Origin: Myxococcota bacterium
GTDB taxonomy: Bacteria > Myxococcota_A > UBA796 > UBA2385
Length of the DNA: 64,000 nucleotides
Direction: 5' to 3'
Assembly (NCBI GenBank): GCA_044344255.1
Contig: JBIJDH010000021.1
Coordinates: 1 to 64,000, forward strand
Part shown: piece after piece, positions 1-9,670 of the stretch
How positions within the stretch are numbered: the stretch's first letter is position 1
Layout of the letters: every line of letters begins with the position of its first letter
Program-made: the position numbers and the translations under genes
The notes under the pieces: generated by a model
Told to the model about the DNA's origin: nothing
Database searches by the model: none
The model's input: the letters and a program-made list of their open reading frames with translations, nothing else

Positions 1-351
1 GTGCGCGTCCGGCCGGAGACACCCGCATGGCCCCCGCCGAACCGAGTGGGGGCACCCCGACCCCCGACCGGCCACCTCCGCCCTCTGGAGGTCGGTCCGG
101 GAGCGGCACTTTCTTCTCAGGACTCCCAATTAACATCTGGGCCTTCCCGCGTGCGGTCCCCCGCCCTCCAGGTCGCGTGTGGGCGGGCGAGCCTGCCGGT
201 GGTTGGAGCGCTCGGCGTCTGTCTCCTGTCCGGGTCTCCTCTTCGCCTCGGCCGATCCACACGAACTGCCCGGGACACCGCCACGAGCCCGCGAGGCGAT
301 CAGCGTAGCCGACGCGCTGCACATCGCCGCCGCGAGCGGGCCCGCGCCCGG

Positions 352-915
352 CTAGTCGGCGGTGGAGGAGAAGCTGAGGTCCATCCCGCAGGGCAGGGTC
401 GCGAAGCCGTCGGAGGAGATGAGCAGGTCGCAGTCCGCGCCCTCACACTCGGCGGAGAAGTGCGCGGCGCCGTCCATCGAGCGGTTGTCCTGGAAGGCCC
501 CGCTGAGCTCGATCGAGAGGGTGGCGATGAGGTCCACCCCGTCCGAGGTCCCGTCCTGAACGAGCTCGCCGGGCTCGCAGGAGATGGCGGCGCCGCTCAA
601 GGTGCAGGTGGTCTCGACTTCGGCCGAGGGATCATCCGCGTCGAGGGTGACGGCGTAGGCGCCGCCGCCCGCGTCGGCCAGCGTGTAGCCCCCGACGGGG
701 CTCCCGCTGTCCATGGTGAAGCCGCAGGTGTCATTGGTGATCTCCTCGTCGATGGAGGTCCAGTGCCCCAGCGCGGGGCTGATGTCGCCGCCGGTGCCGT
801 CGCTGCCGTCGCCGCCATCGGAGCTGCCACCGGTGTCGTCGGACTCGTATTTTCCGGTGCAGCCGGAGAGGGAGAGCAGGAGGGACAGGCCGAGGGGGAT
901 GAGCGTGGGGTGCAT
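352..915 (-). CDS. Hypothetical lipoprotein with acidic linker and Cys-containing beta-rich domain
   Basis: C-terminal part of ORF 352..2742. ATG at 915 gives MHPTLIPLGLSLLLSLSGC (lipobox), then a DDTGGSSDGGDG linker. The rest of that ORF is antisense to rtcB. Confidence 0.8.
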   Translation of the reverse strand: MHPTLIPLGLSLLLSLSGCTGKYESDDTGGSSDGGDGSDGTGGDISPALGHWTSIDEEITNDTCGFTMDSGSPVGGYTLADAGGGAYAVTLDADDPSAEVETTCTLSGAAISCEPGELVQDGTSDGVDLIATLSIELSGAFQDNRSMDGAAHFSAECEGADCDLLISSDGFATLPCGMDLSFSSTAD

Positions 916-1176
916 GGGCTGGGCTCTCCGAGGCTGAGGTGGTTTGGGCGTGGAGTGGAACGGTCTCGGTGTGGGTCGTACCCTGCGGAGGGGAGCTTCG
1001 CCGCTGGCTTGAGGCGGAGCGGGGGCGAAACGGGCAAGCGGGCTTGACGGGCGCCGCCCGTCGGATAGGGGGGCGGCGCGAGAGCCAAAGAGACCGCGGC
1101 TGCTGAACCCGGTCCTCCCCCGCTTCTCTCCCAGCGTCCCCCGGGCTCCGGCCTGTGGCGGGCGTCCGGTGCTCCT

Positions 1177-2604
1177 ATGTCTGCCAATCTGGTGCGGGTC
1201 CTCCGCGCGCTGTCGCGCGAGGGCCTCGATGTCTCCTATGCGGATGGTGTCTACACCATCCGAAACCACGCGGACCCCTCGGGCCCGCCCGCCGAAGTGC
1301 TGCTCCCCGAGGGCCTCCCCCTCGAAGGAAAGGCGCTGCGGCAGCTCGTCAACCTCACCACCATCCGCCACCCCGACGGGGGGCGAGTGGACTGTGTCTG
1401 TGCCACCCCTGACTTCCACCCGGGAGACGGCGGCGTGGCCATCGGCTCTGTCGCGCGGACAGACGGGGTCGTCGTCCCCGGCATCGTGGGCGGCGACATC
1501 AATTGTGGCATGCGCCTGCACGTCACCGACCTCTCCCTCGACCGCCTCCTCTCCCGGAAGGCGGAGCTGGTCGCACTCCTGCGCGGCGACTACCTGCTCG
1601 GGACGCGCGACATCGCGCTCACCGGTCGGGCGATGGAGTCCACGCTCCGCGACGGGCTCCCCGGCTTCTGGGACGAGGGGCAGCGGCGGCCGCTCGGGCG
1701 CCTGCGGTCCGTTGACTTCGATCGGCTCGGCCGCGAGATCGATCGGGTCTATCTCCAGGGCCACCTCGGGGCGGGTGACCCCTCGATCCTCCCCGACAGC
1801 CTGCTCGAGGCGGACGCCGTCGTGCGAGAGGACGGGCTCGGCACGGTGGGCCGCGGCAACCACTTCGTCGAGGTGCAGGTCGTCGAGGAGGTGGTCGACC
1901 GCCGCCTCGCGTACGCCTGGGGGGTGAAGGTGGGGCAGGTGGCCTTGATGATCCACTCCGGCTCCCGCAACGTCGGCAAGGCGGTGGGGGCCATCTGGGC
2001 CGACTGCGCCCGCCTCGCCTGGCCGGCGGGGCACCGCTACCCCGAGGGGGGGATCTTCCCGATCTCCACCCGCGCGCGCCCAGATCTGGCCGAGGGGTAC
2101 CTCCGCGCCGAGGCCGCCGCCTCCCACTACGCCTGGCTCAACCGGGCGCTGCTCGCCGAGCTCTTCCGCACCCGCCTGGAGGCGGTGATGGGCGAGGTCT
2201 CCTCCCCGCTCGTCTACGATGTGCCGCACAACATCACCCTCCGCGAGGAGGGGCGCCTCGTCGCCCGAAAGGGGGCCACGCCGGCGCACCCGGGCCAGCC
2301 GCTGCTCATCCCGGGCTCGATGGGCAGCAGCTCCTACCTGCTCGTGGGGAAGGGGGCCCCGCGCTTCCTCTCCTCGGCCTCGCACGGCGCGGGGCGCAGC
2401 CGCTCCCGCGGGGAGATGGGCCACGTGGAACATGCGGCGCTCGGCCTCGAGGGGGTGGAGTGCCACACCCTGCGCGAGGAGCGGATCATCGAGGAGGCGC
2501 CGGCCGGCTACAAGCCGATCAGCGCCGTCATCGACGCGCAGGTGAGGGCCGGGATGGTGGGGGTCGTGGCGCGGATGCGGCCGCTGCTCACCTTCAAGGG
2601 CTGA
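1177..2604 (+). CDS. rtcB: RtcB-family RNA ligase
   Basis: Motifs PDFHPG, GGDINCG, GTVGRGNHFVE, IHSGSR, HN, RKGAT, IPGSMG, SASHGAGR, EEAPxxYK. Confidence 0.93.
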   Translation: MSANLVRVLRALSREGLDVSYADGVYTIRNHADPSGPPAEVLLPEGLPLEGKALRQLVNLTTIRHPDGGRVDCVCATPDFHPGDGGVAIGSVARTDGVVVPGIVGGDINCGMRLHVTDLSLDRLLSRKAELVALLRGDYLLGTRDIALTGRAMESTLRDGLPGFWDEGQRRPLGRLRSVDFDRLGREIDRVYLQGHLGAGDPSILPDSLLEADAVVREDGLGTVGRGNHFVEVQVVEEVVDRRLAYAWGVKVGQVALMIHSGSRNVGKAVGAIWADCARLAWPAGHRYPEGGIFPISTRARPDLAEGYLRAEAAASHYAWLNRALLAELFRTRLEAVMGEVSSPLVYDVPHNITLREEGRLVARKGATPAHPGQPLLIPGSMGSSSYLLVGKGAPRFLSSASHGAGRSRSRGEMGHVEHAALGLEGVECHTLREERIIEEAPAGYKPISAVIDAQVRAGMVGVVARMRPLLTFKG

Positions 2605-2675
2605 GCGGCGGCCGGGGGGAGTGGATGGACTTTCGCGACGAACAACCTTTGTAAGGGGCGGGTTGGCCCCGTTCC

Positions 2676-2713
2676 CTTGCATAATCATCCACTTCGGTGT
2701 ATATCCATGCAGC
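2676..2713 (+). promoter_or_regulatory. Tandem ARG boxes (ArgR operator)
   Basis: TGCATAATCATCCA (2678-2691) and TGTATATCCATGCA (2698-2711): imperfect palindromes 20 bp apart, AT-rich in a GC-rich background, directly upstream of argC. Confidence 0.75.
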
Positions 2714-2733
2714 TTTAGGGGGGCGTGGAGCTC

Positions 2734-3741
2734 GTGTCTCATCGTGTCGCCATCGCAGGGGTCAGCGGCTACACCGGCGTGGAGCTGTTCCGCTTGCTAT
2801 CGGCGCACCCGGACGCGGAGATCACCTGGATCGGCGCCGGGAAGGCCGCCGGGGAGCCCCTGTCGGCCACCTGGCCGGCCTATGGCCCCACCCCCGTCGA
2901 GGCGCTTGACGTCGACGCCATCGCCGCCGTGGCTGACACCGTCTTCCTCGCCCTGCCCCACGGGCTGAGCGGGGCCTTCGGGCGTGACTGCCGCGCCCGC
3001 GGCCTGCAGGTGATTGACCTCGGGGCCGACTTCCGCTTGCGCGACCCTGCGGTCTACGCCGCGACCTACGGCGCCGCCCACCCGGCCCCCGAGCTGCTCG
3101 CCGAGGCCGTCTATGGGCTGCCGGAGCTCCACCGCGCGGCCCTGCCGGGCGCCCGCCTGATCGCTGTCCCCGGCTGTTACCCCACCGCCACGGCGCTCGC
3201 GGCCCTGCCCCTCGTCGAGGGTGGGCTCGCCGACTGGCTGGTCGCAGACTGCCTCTCGGGCGTGTCGGGCGCGGGCCGCAGCCCCAACACCCGCAACCTC
3301 TACTGCGAGGTGGGGGAGGCCGCGGCGGCCTATGGCGTGGGCGGCGCGCACCGGCACGTGCCGGAGATCGAGCAGACCCTCGGCGTCCCCGTGGTCTTCA
3401 CGCCGCACCTCGTGCCGATGCGGCGCGGGATGCTGGCCACCGTCCACGCTCGCCCGGCGAAGCTGCCCAGCGCGGCCGCCCTGCGGGCGCTCTTCGTCTC
3501 CCGATACGCAGACTGCCCGCTCGTGGAGGTGACGGACAGCCCGCCCTCCACCCGCGAGGTCCGCACCACCGGCCGCTGCCGGGTCTTCCCCACGGTCGAT
3601 CCCGTCCGCGGCGTCATCTCTGTCTTCGCTGCCATCGACAACCTGGGCAAAGGAGCATCCTCCCAGGCGGTGCAGTGCTGGAACCTCTCGCAGGGCCTGC
3701 CCGAGGCCCGCGGCATCAACCTCTACCCCGACTACCCATAA
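2734..3741 (+). CDS. argC: N-acetyl-gamma-glutamyl-phosphate reductase
   Basis: IAGVSGYTG, FLALPHG, DLGADFRL, PGCYPT, SGVSGAG, HRHVPEI, DNLGKGA. GTG at 2734 follows GGAG (alternative start 2725). Confidence 0.96.
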   Translation: MSHRVAIAGVSGYTGVELFRLLSAHPDAEITWIGAGKAAGEPLSATWPAYGPTPVEALDVDAIAAVADTVFLALPHGLSGAFGRDCRARGLQVIDLGADFRLRDPAVYAATYGAAHPAPELLAEAVYGLPELHRAALPGARLIAVPGCYPTATALAALPLVEGGLADWLVADCLSGVSGAGRSPNTRNLYCEVGEAAAAYGVGGAHRHVPEIEQTLGVPVVFTPHLVPMRRGMLATVHARPAKLPSAAALRALFVSRYADCPLVEVTDSPPSTREVRTTGRCRVFPTVDPVRGVISVFAAIDNLGKGASSQAVQCWNLSQGLPEARGINLYPDYP

Positions 3742-3774
3742 GCCCAGCGTCGGCTGGGCCCCTTGGGGGGACTC

Positions 3775-4302
3775 ATGGCCACTGTCATTCGCCCCGCGGT
3801 CGCGGGCGACGCCCTCTCCGCTGTCCGCCTCATCCGTCGTGAGGTCGCGCGCGGCACCGTCCTGCCCCACACCTTTCATCCGGCCGAGTTCCTCGTCGCC
3901 GAAGAGGACGGCGTCGTGGTGGGCACCCTCTCCCTGTCGAGCTGGACGGCGGGCGTGATCGAGCTCGGCACCGTCATCGCCGCCGAGCCCGGTCGGGGCG
4001 TCGGTCAGGCCCTCGTCGCCGCCGGCCTCGAGGAGGCCCGCGAGCGCGGCGCCCACACCGCCGTCGTGCTCACGGGCGTCCCGGGCTGGTTCAGCCGACA
4101 GGGCTTCACCGCGATCGGCGACACCCCCTGGGCCCGCGCCCGCGGCCTCCGCGTGCTGCAGCCCGCTCAGGATGAGCTCGGCGTCGCCGTCTCGAAGAAG
4201 GCCGCCGCCTCGTGCCGGGGCTGCGCTCGCCTCGGGGGCTGCAGCCAGGCCCTCCTCACCGTCGATCTGCGGCCCGCTGTGGCCGTCCCGGTGGCCGCAT
4301 GA
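3775..4302 (+). CDS. argA: GNAT acetyltransferase, probable short-form N-acetylglutamate synthase
   Basis: GNAT motif A (GRGVGQALV), C-terminal CxxCxxxxxC as in short ArgA proteins, located between argC and argJ. Confidence 0.65.
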   Translation: MATVIRPAVAGDALSAVRLIRREVARGTVLPHTFHPAEFLVAEEDGVVVGTLSLSSWTAGVIELGTVIAAEPGRGVGQALVAAGLEEARERGAHTAVVLTGVPGWFSRQGFTAIGDTPWARARGLRVLQPAQDELGVAVSKKAAASCRGCARLGGCSQALLTVDLRPAVAVPVAA

Positions 4303-5534
4303 CCGCTCCCCTGCCCAGCGGGGCCCCCGCGCCGCTCACCCGCCCGGCCGCCGCGGCGGTCACCTTCCTGCCCGGCGGCGACTGGACGAGCGTGCCCGGC
4401 GTGCGCGTGGGCATCGCCGGCGCCGACATCAAGGGCAACAAGAAGCTGCGCGACGACGTGATCATCTTGGACGCGCCGGGCACGGCCGCCGCGGTGATCA
4501 CGACCAGCACCGCCGCCGCCGCCCCCTGCCGCTGGACCCGCGCCCGCGTGCCGGGGCCCGTGCGCGCCGTGCTCGTCAACGCGGGCAACGCCAACGCCTC
4601 CACCGGTGAGCAGGGCGCGCGGGACACGGCCGCCTCGGCGGAGCGGGTGGCCGCCCTCCTCGGCTGCACGCCGGCCGAGGTGCTCGTCTGCTCGACGGGC
4701 GTGATCGGGGTGCCGATGCCGATGGGCCGGCTGCTCTTGGGCATCGAGGCCGCGGCGGGCGCCTTCGGGACGGACGGCGCGCGGGCGGCCCGGGCCATCC
4801 TCACCACCGATCTGACGCCCAAGTCCCACGCCGTGCAAGACGGCGAGGTGATCGTGGGCGGCATGGCCAAGGGCTCGGGGATGATCGACCCGAACATGGC
4901 CACCATGCTCGGCTTCCTCGTGACCAACGCCGCGGTCGAGGCCGCCCACCTCCAGGCCCTGCTGGCCGCCGTGACCGCCGAGACCTTCAACGCCGTGTCG
5001 GTGGACGGCTGCATGTCGACCAACGACACCGTCATCCTCCAGGCCACCGGGCAGGGCCCCGTCGCCGCGCCCGGCACGCCGGCCTGGGAGGCGCTCCGCC
5101 GGGCGGTCACCGCCGTGGCCGGCGCCCTCGCCGAGGACATCGCGCGGGACGGCGAAGGCGCCACCACCCTGCTCGAGGTCGTGGTGATGGGGCTCGACAG
5201 CGACGAGGCGGCGCGCGCGGCCGCCAAGTCGGTGGTGCGCTCGCACCTCTTCAAGGCGGCGGTGCTCGGCCGTGACCCGAACTGGGGCCGCATCGTCGGC
5301 GCCCTCGGGGCCGCCGGGGTCCCCCACCTCGACCGGCTCGACCTCGACCTCGGCGACGTCCCCGTGCTGCGCGACGGCCAGCCCGTCCCCTGGGACGAGG
5401 CCGCCGCCAGCGCCGCGATGGAGCCGCCGGTGGCCCGGGTGACCGCGCGCCTCCCCGGGGTTGGTTACGGCCGGGCGCTCGGCTGCGACCTCACCGCGGC
5501 GTATGTCAGCATCAACGCTGACTACCGGAGCTGA
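4299..5534 (+). CDS. argJ: Ornithine acetyltransferase
   Basis: NAGNANA, CSTGVIG, GMAKGSGMIDPNMATML (autocleavage site), STNDT, DGEGAT, DPNWGRI, NADYRS. ATGA overlap with the upstream stop. Confidence 0.96.
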   Translation: MTAPLPSGAPAPLTRPAAAAVTFLPGGDWTSVPGVRVGIAGADIKGNKKLRDDVIILDAPGTAAAVITTSTAAAAPCRWTRARVPGPVRAVLVNAGNANASTGEQGARDTAASAERVAALLGCTPAEVLVCSTGVIGVPMPMGRLLLGIEAAAGAFGTDGARAARAILTTDLTPKSHAVQDGEVIVGGMAKGSGMIDPNMATMLGFLVTNAAVEAAHLQALLAAVTAETFNAVSVDGCMSTNDTVILQATGQGPVAAPGTPAWEALRRAVTAVAGALAEDIARDGEGATTLLEVVVMGLDSDEAARAAAKSVVRSHLFKAAVLGRDPNWGRIVGALGAAGVPHLDRLDLDLGDVPVLRDGQPVPWDEAAASAAMEPPVARVTARLPGVGYGRALGCDLTAAYVSINADYRS

Positions 5535-5537
5535 GCG

Positions 5538-6371
5538 ATGAGCGGGATCGGCGCCGCCCCCTCCGCGGTGGGCGGGGTGATCGTCATCAAGCACGGCGGG
5601 GCGGCGATGGTCGACCCCGCCCTCGCCGAGGGTGTGCTCTCCGACGTCGCCGCCCTCCACCGCGCCGGCCAGCGGGTGCTGCTCGCCCACGGCGGCGGCC
5701 CCGAGGTGAGCCGCTGGGGGGAGCGCTTCGGCCTCAGCCCCCGCTTCGTCGATGGCCTGCGCGTCACCGACGAGGCGACCATGCGCGTCGCCCAGCTCGT
5801 GCAGGTGGGCGGCATCTCGCGGGACCTCGTCGCGGGCCTCGGCCGCCACGGCGTGCGCGCCCTCGGCCTCGCCGGTCAGGACGGCGGCGGCTGGCTGCGC
5901 GCGACCGTGCGGGCGCACCGCCTCGCCGCCACCGGTGAGCCGGTCGACCTCGGTCGTGTGGGTGACATCACCGCCGTCGACACCGGCCTGCTCGACGTCC
6001 TCTTCGCCGCGGGCCTGCTGCCGGTGGTGGCACCCGTGGCGGTGGACGCCGCGCTCGCCCCCTTGAACGTCAACGCCGACAGCGTGGCCACGGCGGTCGC
6101 GGGGGCGCTCGGGGCGCACCGCCTCGTCTTCCTCACCGACGTCTCCGGCGTGCGCGGCCCCGACGGGGCGCCGGTCGCGACGCTGCGGGCCGCCGAGGCG
6201 CGGGCCTGGATCGCCGCGGGCGTGATCGCGGGGGGCATGATCCCCAAGGTGGAGGGCTGCCTCGCCGCCCTCGCCGCCGGTGTCGCCGGGGTGCAGATCG
6301 CCGATGGGCGCGTTCCCCACGCCGTCTCGCTCGCCCTCGCTGGGCAGACGGGCACCACCTTCCTGCCCTGA
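5538..6371 (+). CDS. argB: Acetylglutamate kinase
   Basis: VIKHGG, HGGGP, GLRVTD, NVNAD, LTDV, GGMIPK, DGRVPH. Confidence 0.95.
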   Translation: MSGIGAAPSAVGGVIVIKHGGAAMVDPALAEGVLSDVAALHRAGQRVLLAHGGGPEVSRWGERFGLSPRFVDGLRVTDEATMRVAQLVQVGGISRDLVAGLGRHGVRALGLAGQDGGGWLRATVRAHRLAATGEPVDLGRVGDITAVDTGLLDVLFAAGLLPVVAPVAVDAALAPLNVNADSVATAVAGALGAHRLVFLTDVSGVRGPDGAPVATLRAAEARAWIAAGVIAGGMIPKVEGCLAALAAGVAGVQIADGRVPHAVSLALAGQTGTTFLP

Positions 6372-6419
6372 CCTCGCCTCGCCTCGCCTGCGGGGCCCCT
6401 CTCCCCTCCCGAGATCTCG

Positions 6420-7541
6420 ATGCCGAGCGCCCGCCACCCCTTCCTCCACACCTACAAGCAGCCAGCCCTCACCCTCGTCCGCGGGCAGGGCCACCGCGTC
6501 CAGGACGACACGGGCAAGTGGTACCTCGACGCCGCCACCGGCATCGCCGTCCAGGCGCTGGGCTACGACCACCCGCGGGTGACGGCGGCGATCCAGGCCC
6601 AGCTCGGCCGCATCTCGCACACCTCGAACCTCTACACCGTGCCGGTGGTGAGCGAGCTCGCGGCCCTGCTCTCCCAGACCTTTGATGACGGCGCGGTCTT
6701 CTTCTCAAACTCCGGCGTCGAGGCCAACGAGGCGGCGGTCAAGCTCATCCGCAAGTGGGCCTGGCGGCGGGGCCTGCACCACAAGACCGAGATCCTGGTC
6801 CTCGACCACGCCTTCCATGGCCGCACGCTGCTCGCCCTCGCGATGACCCCGAAGCCAGCCTATCAGGAGGGTTATGGCCCGCTGGTGCCCGGCTTCCGCG
6901 TGGTGTCTCCCGATCGGGTGGCCGAGGAGGTGCGCCCGGAGACGCTGGCCGTCTTCCTCGAGCCCGTGCAGGGCGAGGGCGGCTGCCTGCCCGTCCCGAA
7001 CCTCGCCGGCATCCGCGCCGCCTGCGACGCCCACGGCGCCTTGCTCGCGTACGACGAGATCCAGTGCGGCCTCGGCCGGAAGGGCGTCCTGCGGGTCGAG
7101 CCCCGGCCCGACGTGGTGACGATGGCCAAGGCCATCGGCGGCGGTCTCCCCCTCGGCGTGATGATGGCCCTCAAGCCGGAGCTCCAGGAGGTCTTCCAGC
7201 CCGGTGACCACGGCTCGACCTTTGGCGGCAACCCGATCTCCTGCGCCGCCGGGAAGGCCGTGCTGGAGGTGATCCTCGAGCAGCGCCTCTGGGAGAATTG
7301 CGCCGCGATGGGCGCGCGCCTGCGGGCCGGCCTCGAGGGCACGGGCGTGTCGGTGACCGGCGCCGGCCTCCTGATGGCGGCCCACCTCGGCCGTCCGAAC
7401 GGCCCCGTGCTCGACGGGATGCGCGAGCGGGGCGTGCTCGCTGTGGCCTCGGGGGCCGAGGGCGTGCGCTTCCTGCCGCCCTTCACGATCACGGCCGGTG
7501 AGATCGACCAGCTCGTGGAGGTCTTCGCCGCGTCGCTGTGA
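6420..7541 (+). CDS. argD: Acetylornithine aminotransferase (class III PLP)
   Basis: NSGVEANE, FHGRT, EPVQGEGG, DEIQCGLGR, AKAIGGG, HGSTFGGNP; last gene of the arg operon. Confidence 0.92.
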   Translation: MPSARHPFLHTYKQPALTLVRGQGHRVQDDTGKWYLDAATGIAVQALGYDHPRVTAAIQAQLGRISHTSNLYTVPVVSELAALLSQTFDDGAVFFSNSGVEANEAAVKLIRKWAWRRGLHHKTEILVLDHAFHGRTLLALAMTPKPAYQEGYGPLVPGFRVVSPDRVAEEVRPETLAVFLEPVQGEGGCLPVPNLAGIRAACDAHGALLAYDEIQCGLGRKGVLRVEPRPDVVTMAKAIGGGLPLGVMMALKPELQEVFQPGDHGSTFGGNPISCAAGKAVLEVILEQRLWENCAAMGARLRAGLEGTGVSVTGAGLLMAAHLGRPNGPVLDGMRERGVLAVASGAEGVRFLPPFTITAGEIDQLVEVFAASL

Positions 7542-7767
7542 GGCTCGGTCGGCCTCCTCGCGCGCGCACGGTAAACGTCCCCCATCTGTGTCATAGGCGC
7601 CGCGAGTGGCGTGAAATGTGTGCGCAGGAGAGCTTGAGATTGTCCTGCGTCACATCCCCCGTTCGGGGGATGAACACGGCACAGTCATCGCGATAGGGGA
7701 GATCGGGCGGACGCGGCAGTCCATGTCGGTCGCGCTGTCCGTCCATCCTCCCTGCCCGGACTCAATC

Positions 7768-9156
7768 ATGTCGGACCCGATGACCCTCGGGCGATCGGCA
7801 CGTGCGCGAGCGCCCCACCCCCTGCTGCGAGCCTGCGCGCTCAGGGGTCTCACCGCAGCCACCGCAGCCACCGCGCTGTCGTTCAGCCCGGCCGCCTCAG
7901 CGGCGACAGGGGTGGCGGGGGCGACCGCCGAGTCCGAGTGGAGCGCGCTCTGCGGGGCGCTGCTGACCGGAACGGTGCCCGACGGCTTCTGGGTTCGCCG
8001 GGCATTCAGCACCAAGGTGGAGGAGGGGCGTGGGACCGTCTACACGATCTGTGTAGACAGCGCGGGCCCCGCCCAGCTCATGAGCCCGAGCACCTGGAAC
8101 ACAGACCGGAACCCCATGGCCCATCAGGCCATTCAGCTGCTGATTCGACGCGATTCAGGTGATCAGCTCCGGGTGGAGTCTGCGGGTCAGCGCGGCGTGT
8201 GGCTCCCCGCCACCGAGACACCTGGCGCGGGGAACGACGGAGCTCCCAAGCGTAGGGATGTCGGCGGCGCCGGGAGCGACCAGACGTCCGAGCTGGTCTA
8301 CGAGAGCGTGGTCCTGGACGCGTTCCTGCCTGGGCCTGTAGAGCTGAGCCTGTGGGTGAACGAGGACGGAGCCCAAGACCTCCTGGTCGGTCTGCGGGCT
8401 GCCGCCGACTACCTGAAGGCCCTGGCCGCCACGGCGACAGCGACCGCTGTCCCGACGAAGGCTGAGCTCGAGGGCTCCGCCAAGGCGGCGTCCGCGCTCG
8501 CGGACCTGTTGGCTACGGCCAAGTCGGTGGACGCCGGGATGAAGCAGGACCTGCTGGCGCTCCTCCAACCCCTGCGCGCGGGCGCCGCGGCGCCCGACAA
8601 GGTGCAGCTCGACGCGCTCAACGCCGCGCTCTCACCCGAGCGGTGGTCCCTCGGCGGGAGCGACTTCCAGATGGTGGTCGCGGTGGAGCGAACCTACACA
8701 GGCTCCGTGCGGGTCGGCGTGTCGGCCCTCTATGGCGCGGTCGCGTCGCAGTCCTATGAGGTCGCCCCGGCGCCGGACAACGCCGATATCTCTGTGGTGC
8801 GCCACACCGGAAGCGCCTGGGACGCCGAATTTCTGATCGGCTACACCCAGCTCTTTCACCGGCGCCCCGAGTCGGCGACAGGCTTTCGAGTGGGGCCGAC
8901 GATGGCGCTCGGGCTCGCCGATATCAACGACCTCAAGGTCACGGTGCTGAGCTCTCTCTATGTCGGCCTCGACTTCGGTTGGGACAACCTCAGCTTCGCT
9001 CCCTGCTTCGTGCTGCGGAAGGTGCCGTCGCTCCGGGACGGCCTGGAGATCGGCCTGCCCGTCCTGCCGGCCACCGAGGTCCAGCAGCAGAGCTGGGAGC
9101 CCGGCATGGCCCTCGTTGTCTATCCCTCGCCCGAGCTGTGGAGGCACACGAAATGA
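7768..9156 (+). CDS. Hypothetical secreted protein, possible C-terminal beta-barrel
   Basis: Long ORF with signal-like segment ending AASA and alternating aromatic/Gly beta-strands at the C-terminus; start uncertain (7618/7768/7780). Confidence 0.7.
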   Translation: MSDPMTLGRSARARAPHPLLRACALRGLTAATAATALSFSPAASAATGVAGATAESEWSALCGALLTGTVPDGFWVRRAFSTKVEEGRGTVYTICVDSAGPAQLMSPSTWNTDRNPMAHQAIQLLIRRDSGDQLRVESAGQRGVWLPATETPGAGNDGAPKRRDVGGAGSDQTSELVYESVVLDAFLPGPVELSLWVNEDGAQDLLVGLRAAADYLKALAATATATAVPTKAELEGSAKAASALADLLATAKSVDAGMKQDLLALLQPLRAGAAAPDKVQLDALNAALSPERWSLGGSDFQMVVAVERTYTGSVRVGVSALYGAVASQSYEVAPAPDNADISVVRHTGSAWDAEFLIGYTQLFHRRPESATGFRVGPTMALGLADINDLKVTVLSSLYVGLDFGWDNLSFAPCFVLRKVPSLRDGLEIGLPVLPATEVQQQSWEPGMALVVYPSPELWRHTK

Positions 9157-9650
9157 CCTCTTCTTCTGTCTACTGGTCGGGTCTGTCGCTGCTGCTCGCC
9201 GCCTGTGGCTGGGCCGAGATGAGCAACCAGGGTGACGTCCTGCTCGACTGCAACGCGGGTGACGGGCCCGTCATCGCCCTCGCGGCGCCCCTCCTCGCGC
9301 GCGAGGTGAGCGGTCCGCTCAAGCTCCTCGGCTCCGCGAGCCGCGAGGACGGCCTCGCGGTCACCGATGTGCGGGTGCTGGGTCGAAAGGTCACACCCAC
9401 GCTGGTCGGATTTCGGAGCTGGGAGATCGAGCTCTCCCTGGCCGACCTCGAGAGCGCCGCCAACCCCGAGGACCGGGTGCTGATCCCGATCGAGGCCTGG
9501 GACATCTGCGGTGACCACGCGGTCTTCGCCTGCCCGGAGCACGACGAGGCGGGCCAGGAGGACCCCCTCTGCCGAACGGTGACCCTCGTCTCGGCCGAGC
9601 CGGAGGCCGCCGGGGACTCGGGCGGTGAGGATACGGGGACCGCCGGCTGA
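9153..9650 (+). CDS. Hypothetical lipoprotein
   Basis: ATGA overlap with the previous stop; MTSSSVYWSGLSLLLAAC lipobox; acidic GDSGGEDTG tail. Confidence 0.75.
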   Translation: MTSSSVYWSGLSLLLAACGWAEMSNQGDVLLDCNAGDGPVIALAAPLLAREVSGPLKLLGSASREDGLAVTDVRVLGRKVTPTLVGFRSWEIELSLADLESAANPEDRVLIPIEAWDICGDHAVFACPEHDEAGQEDPLCRTVTLVSAEPEAAGDSGGEDTGTAG

Positions 9651-9670
9651 GGCCGCTTACGCCTTACGCC

